From contig NC_043006.1 in the NCBI RefSeq assembly GCF_006345805.1, forward strand, positions 30,690,001 to 30,754,000: a DNA stretch of 64,000 nt, written 5' to 3'. The translations under genes and the position numbers were made by a program. This DNA is from Octopus sinensis (taxonomy: Eukaryota). Of the stretch, positions 38,481-51,000 are shown piece by piece (positions within the stretch are counted from its first letter, which is position 1; each line of letters opens with the position of its first letter). The notes under the pieces were generated by a model, which worked only from the letters and a program-made list of their open reading frames with translations, was not told where the DNA came from and did not search any database.

Positions 38481-41400
38481 AAGACCCATGATTAGAGTAA
38501 AAAAAACAAGTACCAGCAATATACAAGGGTTGATTTTTTATTTCATTAAGCATTATAACTGATCAAAGAGGTAAAATAAACCAACATTTCTATTTAAATA
38601 ACCTACAACATAAACATAGAAATAAAACATTTGACAAATGCCAGTATAAATTACAACTATCAGGTATTTAGTATTAAGTACAACCTTCAACTAATGGTTA
38701 CTACATGGCTTTCAATATTGACTTGACACCAAAAAGTTTTTCAAGACCAACAATACATGAAGGGTTGAGTCACACAAAGACCAATGTTGTTTTGTAATTT
38801 CAGAGACCAAAATTAACTGTTCACTGCTTTTGTAATTTAATTGTTTGCATCAGTTTCACAGAGTAGTTTAGCACAACACAAGACAAATTTGTTCCCCTAC
38901 AGGATAAAAAAAACAAAAACAGAACGAATACTTTTGTTGTTCTTTGCCTTGATGCCAGCTTCTGATTGAACAGCCTTATGACTAAAGTATTCCAATCACA
39001 TCCATCTTGGTATTTATAATTCCAGAGACTACATTGCCCAATCTATCCTTCTTTATTCAAGATGGTAAAGTAGGGTTTGAGGGAGACTAATCTCTGCTAT
39101 TTATAGCAAATCATGCAGGGTGTGCAACGGTTTGGCATAGCTGTTGTAGCACTGTCTATTTGGAGTCACTGATTTGATGTTGACTTCTTTGGCAGCAGAC
39201 ATTTTGCCTCTGGGACCTTCTGGTTCCTTCAAAATTTTGCTTATATTCTAATTGACAACAACCCAGCTACTCAACTACTAAACTTTGTTTAAGTTTTTGC
39301 TTCATTTTCTGTTGATGAAGATGGCGAAATATTGATGAAATATGGAAAAGAAACACCTTCTTACAATGGATTTTTGACAAAGTAGAACTTAAAGAGAATT
39401 TAAATTTTGGTTCTGTGATCAAATAAATCTGAGAAACATTAAGATATATTAAATGATGCCAGTTGCTACAAACACCCGCCTCTCTCTCTCTCTGTTTATT
39501 GTGTGTTTTTTTTTTCTTTATGCATATGTGAAGAGAAGACATGCTTGTAGCAATCCAGATCATTTAATACATTTTAATCTCTCTCTCTGTTACCCTCTAT
39601 TTGTGTATGTTAGTATATTTCTCTTTATGTGTCTGAGGAGAAGAGAAGTGTCTTTGTCAAATGGGTTCAATTAATAAATTGTAATGCATCTCCCTTTCTC
39701 TCTTCCCATTTGTGTGCATGTGCACGTGTATGTGTTTGCACCTCCAGTGCCTAAACACTCTCACCAAAACTGATTCCATGTCCAGTCAGCTGCACCAATC
39801 TGTCAGCATTCAAACACCCCACCCATTCACCCCATTCTGACAGAGTTTCTTTCATTGATTTACTTCACAAAGGTCCAGATTTCTTCCCAGATTTTAATTC
39901 CAATTTAGCAGGAGAGACTTTATTTTTGCTCTTTCCAGGGTTTATAAAAATAAAACCCTGTAGATTCCTTAGGTCGACTCAATCTGTTACAGTACATGCA
40001 TAAAAAATTGGTGTAATTTCTCATTAAAATAAATAGTTTTAAGGTTAGATTGATTTCTATCTGGGTTACTTACAGGGACCAAAGAGGTCAGCAACCACCA
40101 ATGAGTTGAAGGTGGTATCATCGAACCAGTGGATGAAAATTTCAATAATGGATACTTTTAGTTTTGGAATAATGATTTAGAATTAATTTGTATAATTAAT
40201 GTGAGAGATAAATGGTATTGGACTGAATAATTAATAAATGGTAAACAGCTCTCTTCTTTGATAAAAACACTGCTAAATAGTAATAGCATGATCATAACAG
40301 ATATAAGAGAAAAATATAACAGTAAGGAATGGTTACTCTTCAAATATAACATCCAGAAAACAAATTCTTGTGTCTGTTTGTGGGTGACTTAAAGATATGA
40401 ATGTATATGTTGCTGTCCTTGTGAATTGAAAGCAAAAATTGAGGAACTGTCTGTGTTGTCCGCCTACACAGCACAGAGGCTGGCAGTTGAATGGTCTCTA
40501 AGAGAAATTTATATTACAAAAACAGTTCAGTCACTCTAAGAAATTGTCAGTCGTGCCAACAAAAAAGAATTTTGATTGGTGGAAAAACAATTAAACAGTC
40601 CGGTAAGTTGAAATGTTGTATTCTCTTTTAGATCAAGAGATAAAAATATATTGTAAAAACATGTCATGTGACCTGCAATAATGACATAATTATCTGAGCC
40701 AATTGTATAAAATACAATTGACATAATGATTGTATCTAAGATGTTTCTGGGTGCAAAATTAGAAAAGAATAAGAAAGTATGGAAGGAGAAAGGGAGTAGA
40801 ATACACTCCAATGTCAAAACAACAAAATACATGATTTGGAAACTAGTTTGTCACAAATCAGAGCATTGGTCTTAGCTCTAAAGATGGTTAGTTTTCGTAA
40901 ATCAGGTTATTCCTATAAATACCTGCCATTCTAAAAAAGAACACCAAACAGGAAGCTACATCAGCAACTGCTTCATAGAAGAGTTTTCTCAAGAGAACAG
41001 ACATAATCACCAAAAAAAAAAAAAAAAAAGGTTCAGCAAGAGATTCCATGAATCGTCTCAAATATAAGAGAAAAGATTTTTTTCTTTATATCATGTGAAG
41101 AACCATTAGGATGCCATTAAAAATGAAACTGTATACCAATTTTCAGTTCATAAATTCTTCAACTTTGTTAGGTTTTTCAACCTTCTTTTCAAATGGTTTT
41201 TGTCTCATGCATTCATTAATATTGTAATAAACATTCAACCAATACAAACTTTATAATGGAAGCACAAATGGCTTTATTAGAACTCATATTATTAAATGAA
41301 ATGGTTAAACCATTAAACCATTCAGAGGCAATGTTGTGATGATGTCAGCACAGTTTCCAAATGATGAGAATATGTTGACATTTGATATGTACAGTTGTAC

Positions 41401-41917
41401 AAACACCAGCCATTTATTTTATGATATAATGTCTCTTTAAGGCAGAAAGCTGGCAGAATCTTTGCATGCTGGACTTAAAAAAATGCTTCGCAGCATTCCT
41501 TCTGGCTTTGTGTTCTCAATTCCAAATTCTGTCTTTCATCCTTTCGGAGTTGATAAAATATGTACCAGTCATGCACTGGGGTTGATGTAATTGACTACTT
41601 CACCTTTCCCACAAAATGTTAGGCCTTGTGCCTATAGCCAAAAGGATTATGATACAATGTCATAATTTCAAATCTCAGCATCCTTCAGTGGCATTTCTGT
41701 TAAATGGTCCTGAAGTTCCAATAGTGCTGTGAAATTTTGCTTTCCAAAAGTAAATTGTTTTACCTTTCTCTGAAGGAAGAAGCTTTTAAGGAGACAATTT
41801 ATTCTCATAAAAGATCAACATAAATCTCATAAATACCAAAAGAAGAATCACAAAACATCATTTTGAGGAGATTGAACTTAATTTTGATACTTTCTATAGA
41901 TGTGGAAAGAAGAAGGT

Positions 41918-42140
41918 ATGTGCTAATATCTTTTCTGGAATATATTGATATCATTTCTGGAATGTGTCGATATCTTTTCTGGAATGTATTGATATCTTTT
42001 CTGAAATGTGTTGATATCTTTTCTGGAATGTGCTGATATCTTTTCTGCAATGTGTTGATATCTTTTCTGGAATCTGTTGATATCTTTCTGAAATGTGTTG
42101 ATATCTTTTCTGGGATGTATTGATATATTTTCTGGAATGT
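41918..42140. repeat. 22-bp minisatellite, 10 copies, consensus GATATCTTTTCTGGAATGTGTT
   Basis: Units start at 41925, 41947, 41969, 41991, 42013, 42035, 42057, 42079, 42100 and 42122; no spacers. Confidence 0.95.
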
Positions 42141-42249
42141 GACCTGGATTTTGAGACAATGTCCAAATTTATGTTTGAGTAGACTTAAATGCTGACTATT
42201 TAAACCCATACCAAAAAATCAGTTATGATCCTGTGTACATAAAGAACAT

Positions 42250-42893
42250 GGTTATTTTCCTGATGATTGACCAGAACTCATCAGATTTAATGCTAAAACA
42301 AAGATCAGTGTTTTGAGAATTATTTTTTAGGGTTCTACATACATTAGTTCCCTGACATGAGACAATGTGAAAGTGACATTAGATAAGATGCAAATATTTT
42401 AAGACACTACCATACCATTCAGCATCCAATGGTCAATTTGAAAGGATGGTACAATCTGTGAAAATGGGAGTTAAAGCTTTTGGGGCATTATTTGGGACAT
42501 CAGATAAAAATAACTTTAATAATGATTTTTGGCACTGATGCTCCTCTGTGGTTTGTTCTTAAACCCTGTACATTAGCCGTGAGAGCTCAATATCTAATAC
42601 AGAGAAGCACAACTATATCATTGATGATAAAATATGACAGAGCAGTTCTAGTGCACAATGTTCAAATAAGAAAATGTTCTGAGAGTGATGAGAAAAATAA
42701 ATAGCAAGATTCTAAAGTGGAGGTGGAAGCCAAACCAAGTCCAGGTGATTTAAAGATTAGCTTGCAACAGTTGATAACTAATGATATTCTGTCACCAAAT
42801 GAAACTATTGTTGACATTAATGATAAAGGTTTTGATCAGATTAAGCAAATGTGCGAGCAAAAGAGATGTAACGTGATTGTTTTATCAATGTAG
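42250..42893 (+). mobile_element. Gypsy/Ty3-like integrase remnant
   Basis: PYHSASNGQFERMVQSVK at 42410-42463 matches the integrase PYHPxSNGxxERxxQTxK motif; surrounding frames are broken; no LTR identified. Confidence 0.6.
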
Positions 42894-44829
42894 TGTTGAA
42901 TGTATTTTGCATGACAATGTCATGTGACACATCTTGGTGGTCACATGATGAAGACTGTTTAGTATGGCTGCACTTTGTGTATCAATGTTTCCCCTTCCTG
43001 TCTTGCATGTGACTTCAGTTTTACTTGGTTGTTCACTTGATTAATGCTAGTAGAAGTAATGGACCATGAGTAACTACTGATTTACTTCAAGAGCCTAATA
43101 CCACTTTCTGATAATAAGGTTCTTGAAAAGATTAACCTTCACCAGAGAAACTGAGTTCTGGAAGAGATTTGTATTGTGCTCTCCACCTACAGTACAGTGA
43201 CTTGTCCCCATCTCTCATGCATTAAACCTGCCTCTTCTTCTTACCTTTTCTGCAGACTACCAACCATGTCATTCCTCTGTCTTGTCCCCCCCCCCACCAA
43301 CCTGACAACTGTATCATCTTTACTACTCATACTGCTTGCCCTCTTCATTCTCTGCTGCATCCCTCTATCTTCCACAACTCATGGCTCTTTGTTCATCCAT
43401 CCTTCGATCTTATCCCTTTGGGCAGTCTATCTCACTGTCCCCTCATTCTCCTTCCCATATATCCTTGCAAACTGATTCTTCAACTCACCTTGTACCTTGT
43501 AGCACCACCGAGTCATATCCTCACCATTATCTATCTCTTACAGCTTCTACTGTTTATTTTCTCCTCTCCCTTTCCCCCTACAAGAGTGATCTTCTACAAG
43601 AACCTGCATTGCATCCTTTCTCTTAGTTCAATCCCTTGTCCATAAAAAATGAAGCTGATTGACCCACCCCACCAGGGCTCGTAGTTCTGTAAGCTGTACC
43701 GCAATTTCAATAGTGCAGGTGGCATGAAAAAAATCACCCAGTCCACACTGTGAAGTGGTTGGTGTTAGGAAGGGCATCCAGTTATAAAAAACATGCTAAA
43801 AGTAGACATTGGAGCACAATGCAATCCTGTCATATTTGATCCTGTTGAACCATCCAGCCCATTTTCGTATGGAGCATAGACATTACAGATGATGATTATG
43901 ATCACATACATATGCACATACACACACGAAAAAAATAAAACATGATTTCCAGTAACAATCTGGTGAGTTTTTTTTTAACCCCTAAACAGCCCTGGGGGAA
44001 AATGTTTTCTACTAGAACTGAAAATATGCCTTCTCTGTGAAGACAACCTAATCGTTTTCAATATTGTATCATTAACTTGAATCAATAAATTTTATTCCTC
44101 TCATCTTGCTCAAATTGCTGTATTATATCGTCTTCCTAATATTGAGTTCTTTTTAAGCCGTTATTTCTTCAAAATAAATTGTTTCCGTCTCATACTAAAA
44201 AAAGTACTTCTAGACATCTTTCAATCTTTTGTAAATGTATGTTAATGATCACTTCAAAGGAATAGGTTACTTGACTCACACACACACACGTTTGTGCGAA
44301 AACACTGAATGTTTGTTTAGCGTAGCTTTCCATTTCTTGATTCACGAGCCAATACTTTAAGAGTCAACTAGGGATAATAAAAAGGCCGACACCTCAGTTT
44401 CGAGTTAAAAAAAAAAGAAAAAAAAGAATCCCTCTGCATTCAAGAGTAGCTGGATAGATGGAAGCATTACCCACATACTAAGTAATATACGGTGTAATAG
44501 CTTTTTACTACAGAATTTAATTTCAGACATCGCAAAAGAAAATCCACAGAAGTTGTCATAAATATGAAAACCACGATCTCCCAATGTGAATCATCTACAG
44601 ATGCACTTGACACATTACACTTTCCCTCAGTTTATTGAGGAAATTTAGAGATTTATTTTGTATTTTAACAGTAAGCTCCCCCACAAAGAAGACTAAATTG
44701 TGTGCCGTAATAACTACAAATCAGTTCCAGAAGCGTTTTGTCCCTTGACTGAAGAAGACAGAGGAGGAAGATTATTAAAACTGGTGGTTAGCAGTGCCCT
44801 CTGGAGAGTTATTTCCCTTACAAGCCAAG

Positions 44830-45046
44830 ATGGCAGGCATTAGCCCAGAGCTGGCATCTCTGATGAAAAAAGGGAAATCTGCCATAGCTGCCCACTTTAA
44901 GACAGCATTTGCCGAGGATAAATTGTTAAACGAGTTATTGAACACAGTGTTCAACCCAGAAAAGGCAATTGATGACTATGAAAATCTTGAATGGTATCGT
45001 TTCCTGATCGCTGGTGGTAAAAAGTTCGAGGATTATGCAAACCTAG
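44830..45046 (+). CDS. UBR3: UBR3 coding exon 1 ([10 protein letters not shown]...[20 protein letters not shown])
   Basis: First in-frame ATG after the TAA at 44776-44778; donor G|GTTAGT, phase 1. Confidence 0.93.
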
Positions 45047-48000
45047 GTTAGTAAACAAATCCTTCTGCCCTGACACCCCTAACGACTCCTTATGTGTTTC
45101 CAATTAATGATGTTTTATTCTGTTTATTTAATATAATTTGTTAGTATTTTATAATTGAATTGTGCATTGTGTATCAATTTCGTGTTCCTATATGAACAGA
45201 CTGCTGTGAATTTTCCATCCTGAAGCTATATATTTAATGTAATACGCAAATAATTCGACTGACGTACTTAGGTACAGACACATTCATGAACACGGACAAA
45301 TATTCATTTACTCCTACACGCATACAAACATTTATACATGTAATTGTTATTATATGTCACTGACTTATTCTCTTTTTCTGTTTTCTCCTTTTCCATTTAT
45401 ATAATCTGTCTGTGTGCGCTTGTATGGAATATAACACGACAGAACATACAATCGTTTATAAATACGTTGTTTGTCTTTTTTTTTTTTGTTTTTAAAAAGT
45501 ATCAGTCAACAGAAAGATTTTTTTTCCCATCAGCTTTAGTGTGTACGTGTTTGTATAGTTGTATAAACTGGATCTATAAATATGCGAGGTTATAGACATT
45601 CATATCTAGCTTTGATGTGTGTGTATGTGTATACGCGCAAGCAATTGTATAAGTTTGGTGACTTTTAATCGTGAAAAACTATGAGAGTGGCTGTTTAAAA
45701 TCACCGTTTAATTCACTCAACTCTGGTTTACTAAAACCGAAAAAGAAAAGCTGCCGTCGAGCTGCGACAACAAGTTGCAATACTGTTCCCTGTACTTGGG
45801 GTTATATTGTCAAATTTCTTCGGATGAAGTTAACATGTACTTCTCTCTTTACCAAACATAGTTATAAGTAATTGCTTCTGCCGATGTTAATGCTGAAAAC
45901 GGTTTCTTGGAATTATAGTTTTAGGTGAAATATGGTAGTTTTTATAAAGTACAAAATCACATTTTGTACATTAAGAGAAAGAATTGTCTTCAATATAGTG
46001 TTGTTAACTTATCCACTCCGGACGTGTACAAAGTTGACCTCAAAGGAATTTTCACCCGAAACTAAATACAGTAGTATTTCGGCCGTCTGTACCATCCTAA
46101 AATGAGATAAAGATCTGGTCCGCAAACGTGTATGTAGTATAGAATTTATTGTCTCTCTGTTGTGCGGTTTCAATCTCGGCCAGTTTCCCAATGAAAATAA
46201 ATCTTAATATGATTGTAAAAGAGTAGAATTCGAAGAAATCTGGTCAACTTGATGCATCTCCATCATTCTTGGAAACTGATAAAGGCCTCCTCGCATTTAC
46301 TCAGCTTGCTAGAAATAGCAGCTAAATCACTCGAATAACATCCTATCATCATAAAAAAATGGTAGTACACATTACATAATGTAATTCGATTTAGGAATTT
46401 CAACCATATTTCGTGGTCTGCTACTACAACAGCTCCTTTGTAGGATCCAGTTAGTTCAAGACATCATCATGAGGAACCACGTCCAGTTTCGGCCCCTATT
46501 GGAAAAACAAATGGGATGGTCATGGTGAGAACCCCTTTGATAATAGGTTTGTTCAATCAGTGTTGACCTTGCGTTAACTGCAATATAAAAGCACCTTGTG
46601 TCAAAAATAATTTTTTGTTTCATTTGATTCCTTTTGGTTCAATTTTGGTTAATTCTGTCTTCAAAACCTTTGAGATTTGATGTAACACGCGATCTAAGTC
46701 GACCAATGTAGAGAATAAATGGAACCAGTTGATGTTGATTTCTTGTTACTCCAGTTTCCTCACTTTTCTAGAAATACAGCTGGCTGTGAGCAGGTTGTGA
46801 ATTTAGTTGCTGTAAATACAGTGAAATAGTTTTAATCATTAATAGTTATACTAAATAGTCACAAACATGCAATTTGAGTTTCGAATCTAATGCTTGCACT
46901 GATATGTATAATGGGATGAGACTAGATCAGTGGTGCCCAGCCTGGAGTCCGTGGGCCCCTGGTGGTCCTTAAAGGTAGTACTGGAGATCCATGAACTAAA
47001 TTCAATACTTCATATATATAATATATATATATATATATATCGAATTGAACCAGCCAGGATCCCTGGTCTGGTGGTACGTAAAAAGCACTATCCGACTCGT
47101 GGCCGATGCCAGCGCCGCCTCCACTGGCTTCCGTGCCGGTGGCACGTAAAATACACCAATCCGACCGTACGACAGGCACCCATGCCAACCCCCTTTGCTT
47201 GCGAAGACATGTTGGGGCAAGCGAAATCAAAATCGAATTGAACCAGCCAGGATCCCTGGTCTGGTGGTACGTAAAAAGCACTATCCGACTCGTGGCCAAT
47301 GCCAGCACCGCCTCGACTGGCTTCCGTGCCGGTGGCACATAAAATACACCAATCCGACCGTGGCCGTTGCCAGCCTCGCCTGGCACCTGTGCAGGTGGCA
47401 CGTAAAAAGCACCCACTACACTCATGGAGTGGTTGGCGTTAGGAAGGGCATCCAGCTGTAGAAACATTGCCAGATAAGACTGGAGCCTGGTGCAGCCTTC
47501 TGGCTTCCCAGATCCCCGGTCGAACCGTCCAACCCATGCTAGCATGGAGAACGGACGTTAAACGATGATGATGATATATATATGCACACATAAGGATATT
47601 AAAAGGGGTCTGTGGGGAAAACTCAGATAAAAGGGTTGGGAACTACTGGACTAGGTAGAGGCTGGAAGCATTGTGCTACAAATAAAAGACATCTGTGTAA
47701 ACCATAGAAAGATATTAGGAGAAAATTCAGGTTTCTGAGATTCAGAGATGTAAGATTACTGGATCAAAAGGAGCAGTGATATACTACCGTTCTGTCTTGA
47801 CCAGGGTCCATATAACCCTTGGGGGCCCATGTAAGATTTTGTTAAAATTTATGTTTAATAAATTGATTATATCTCTATGATGCATAAAATATTTTAACAA
47901 TTTTTTTTATACAATTCCTAATAATATTTGATTATAAAAATATGATTGGATTTTTAAAACATCAAACGGTTATGGGGGGGGGGGGCACCCAAGTAAAACA

Positions 48001-51000
48001 GAACCAAAGGGGTCCATCAGCTAAAAATGGTTGAGAACCATTGGTCTAAACCATGCAAGCATGAAAAAAATAGATGTTAGGATGCAGATTATATAATAAT
48101 ATTGTTATTTAGCCCTGGGTCAGCCCCAATACTGATGGGGCTTTTTTAAAAGAATATTCTCAGGTGTAGTGTATTCATGATCACATTATCTTGTGTGTTC
48201 CTTTTAAGATGAAAGGGTATGATTTGAAGGAAACTTGGTTGCTATTTCTAGCCTGTGGAATGAGTATGTTGAGGTTCTTTTGCTGGCTGGTAATTCTTTG
48301 TATTAATTACACTATAAGATAAGAGTTGTTAACGATCCATTCCATTAATGATTAAAAAATTAATTGGCATCTTTTCCCTAACACTGCCGTGTATCTTTGG
48401 TAAAGGCATTTCATTGCCACAGGTTCAACCCGCCAAGCTATATTGGTTGGAGTTCACTTTTATAGAGTATAGAGAATGAGTTTTGTTAGTTTTGTTGTCC
48501 TCCAGTGATGTGTTCGGGCTTTAAGCATGAGTATTATTTCGTGTTCCTATATGAACAGACTGCTGTGAATGTTCCATCCTGAAGCTATATATTTAATGTA
48601 AAACGCCAACCAGTATTTTGAGTTTGTGAGCCTGATTCAGTTGCTTCTTAGAGTTGTTCTCTTCACTGAATCTCACTCTGCTCATGAAAATGGTATGACT
48701 GCCGTTACCCTTTAAAACTCTTAGACTTCATGCTTGTATCTTTTACTTGTTTCAGTCATTAGACTGTAGCCATGCTAGGGCACCACCTCGAAGGATTTTA
48801 GTCAAACAAATCAATCCCAGTGCTTATTTTTATTTTTAAGCCTCATACTTATTCTGTCAGTCTTTTTTGCCACACCGTTAGATTATAGGGATGTAAACAC
48901 ACCAGCACCGGTTATCAAGCAGTGATGAGGGACAAACACACACACACACATGATGGGCTTCCTTCAGTTTCTGTCTACCAAATCCACTCAAAGCTTTGGT
49001 CAACCCAAATCCTCAGTAGAGGACACTTGCCCAAGGAACCATGCTGTGGGACTGAACCCAGAACCATGTACTTAGGAATCAAGCTTCTAAGCACCCCGGA
49101 GACAGTCAAAGAAAGCAATTTTTGTATGCTTTCACTGTGACAGTATGTCAGCTGTAGCCACGACCAGATATCATACTTAATGAGAGATGAAGTGAACTGG
49201 TAGTTTTACTTCAGCTGAGTTCAAATTTTGAAAGAATGAACAGCTAAGATTTTGACATAAGTGATATTATGTCAAAAGTGATATTATGAGGGTGAGTCAA
49301 AAAGTAATGCCATTTTGTTTAGGATAGGCATAATTACCAACACAAGAACATGTATCATACATGAGAATGAAGCTGTTCCTCTGTGGATCACATCCCTACT
49401 TCTCAACATAGTCACCGTTTCTCTCAACAACAATGTTCCGCCTTCGAATGACTGTTCTTTGAGCCACTTCTTCACTACAGTTTTCACTTCATTGTCACTG
49501 GATTAATGTTTGCCTCTCAAACCCCCTTTCACGGAGCTGAAGAGATGATAGTCTGAAGGTGCTAAATCTGGTGACAAGGAAGTGAAAACTGTAGTGAAGA
49601 AGTGGTTCAAAGAACAGTCATCAGAATTTTATGGGATACATGCTTTCATTCGAAGGTAGAACATTGCTATTGAGAGAAACAGTAACTGTTGAGAAGTAGG
49701 GATGTGATCCACAGAGGACCAGCTTCATTTTGATGTATGATACATGTTCCTGTGTTGGTAATTACACCTGCCCTAAACAAAATGGCATTACTTTTTGACT
49801 CATCCTTGTATAAACACCAAATTGAGATAGGAAAAATAAATTTATTCCCCCCCTTAAAAGGTCAAATTTTCTGCCTATTTTCAAGTCTCCTTATTTTTGT
49901 TTCTTCCAGTGCGTATTTATGACAATGCGACAACATGTGGCCTTGTGTGGACTGCAAATTTTGTGGCCTATAGGTGTCGTACATGTGGTATAACACCATG
50001 CATGTCACTCTGCTCCAAGTGTTTTCAGGCTGGAAATCACGAAGGACACGACTACAACATGTTCCGTAGCAAGGCTGGAGGAGCTTGTGATTGTGGAGAT
50101 GCAAGTGTAATGAATCCTGCTGGGTGAGTAATATTTCATGATTTTTCTCTTGTTCTCAACAAATGTTTTTGGATTTGATTTTTAGGAATAAGCACTTGGC
50201 CAGTTAATGCATTAATTTTATCAAACCTGGAGAGAGAGGAGCATCTAGTTTTCCCTTGTGGATTTTAAATTCAAAAATGTAGGACAATGCCAGAGACTTT
50301 CTGGTAGTCAGACATTATCGCTTTTCACTTTGCTAGCAAAGATAGTGTTTCTATACTTTGTTTGTTTTTACATTGAACCCACAACCTTAAGGTCTAGCTG
50401 TTGAGTGATATATCTTACTACTTATTTACTTACTGAAGGTAGTGAGCTGGCAGAAACGTTAGCACGCCAGGCAAAATGCTTAGCAGTATTTCGTCTGTCT
50501 TTACGTTCTGAGTTCAAATTCTGCTGAGGTCAGCTTTGTCTTTCATCCTTTCGGGGTCGATAAATTAAGTACCAGTTGCATACTGGGGTCAATCTAATTG
50601 ACTGGCCCCCTCCCCCAAAATTTCGGACCTTGTGCCTAGAGTAGAAAAGTATATATTTACTTACTTAGGCTCATCGTCCTCTATAGAACACAGACTGTCG
50701 ATGACATTCTTACCACTCTGCTCTGGGCTGCCAGGGTCACTTCCTCAGTATGTGTGTGTGTTGGTGGGAGTGTACCCTTGAGGTACACCCCCACCAACAT
50801 ACATACACAAACCAACACGCTGCAGCAAGGACTGTATCTTGTCCTGGATGTCTTAGGAGACATTTCAATCTGATTATTGTCCTCAACTCTAGTGGTATTA
50901 ATAAAATATTACTGCTATTCTTCCCATAACTTATCATACAAAATTCTAATTTTTTTCACTTTCAGTCTTAACAGCACAATTCAACTGAAAATTAAGCTCA

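Noticed and set aside
41805-42209. 134-aa repetitive ORF, and a possible CRISPR-like array
   Set aside because: It is a head-to-tail 22-bp minisatellite with no unique spacers and no cas genes, in a eukaryotic genome.
42480-42893. Coding-like stretch with a single in-frame stop as a novel gene
   Set aside because: Directly follows the integrase motif and lacks a convincing start or acceptor; best explained as a decayed retroelement tail.
35200-44700. METTL5, SSB or other human 2q31.1 neighbours in the intergenic region
   Set aside because: I looked by eye for METTL5 motifs (EQYPT, NPPFGT) and found none; no other conserved peptide was recognised. A tblastn search would be needed to exclude very short exons.
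44794-44829. GTG start giving a 12-aa N-terminal extension of UBR3
   Set aside because: The ATG at 44830 has a strong context, and nothing supports use of the near-cognate start.
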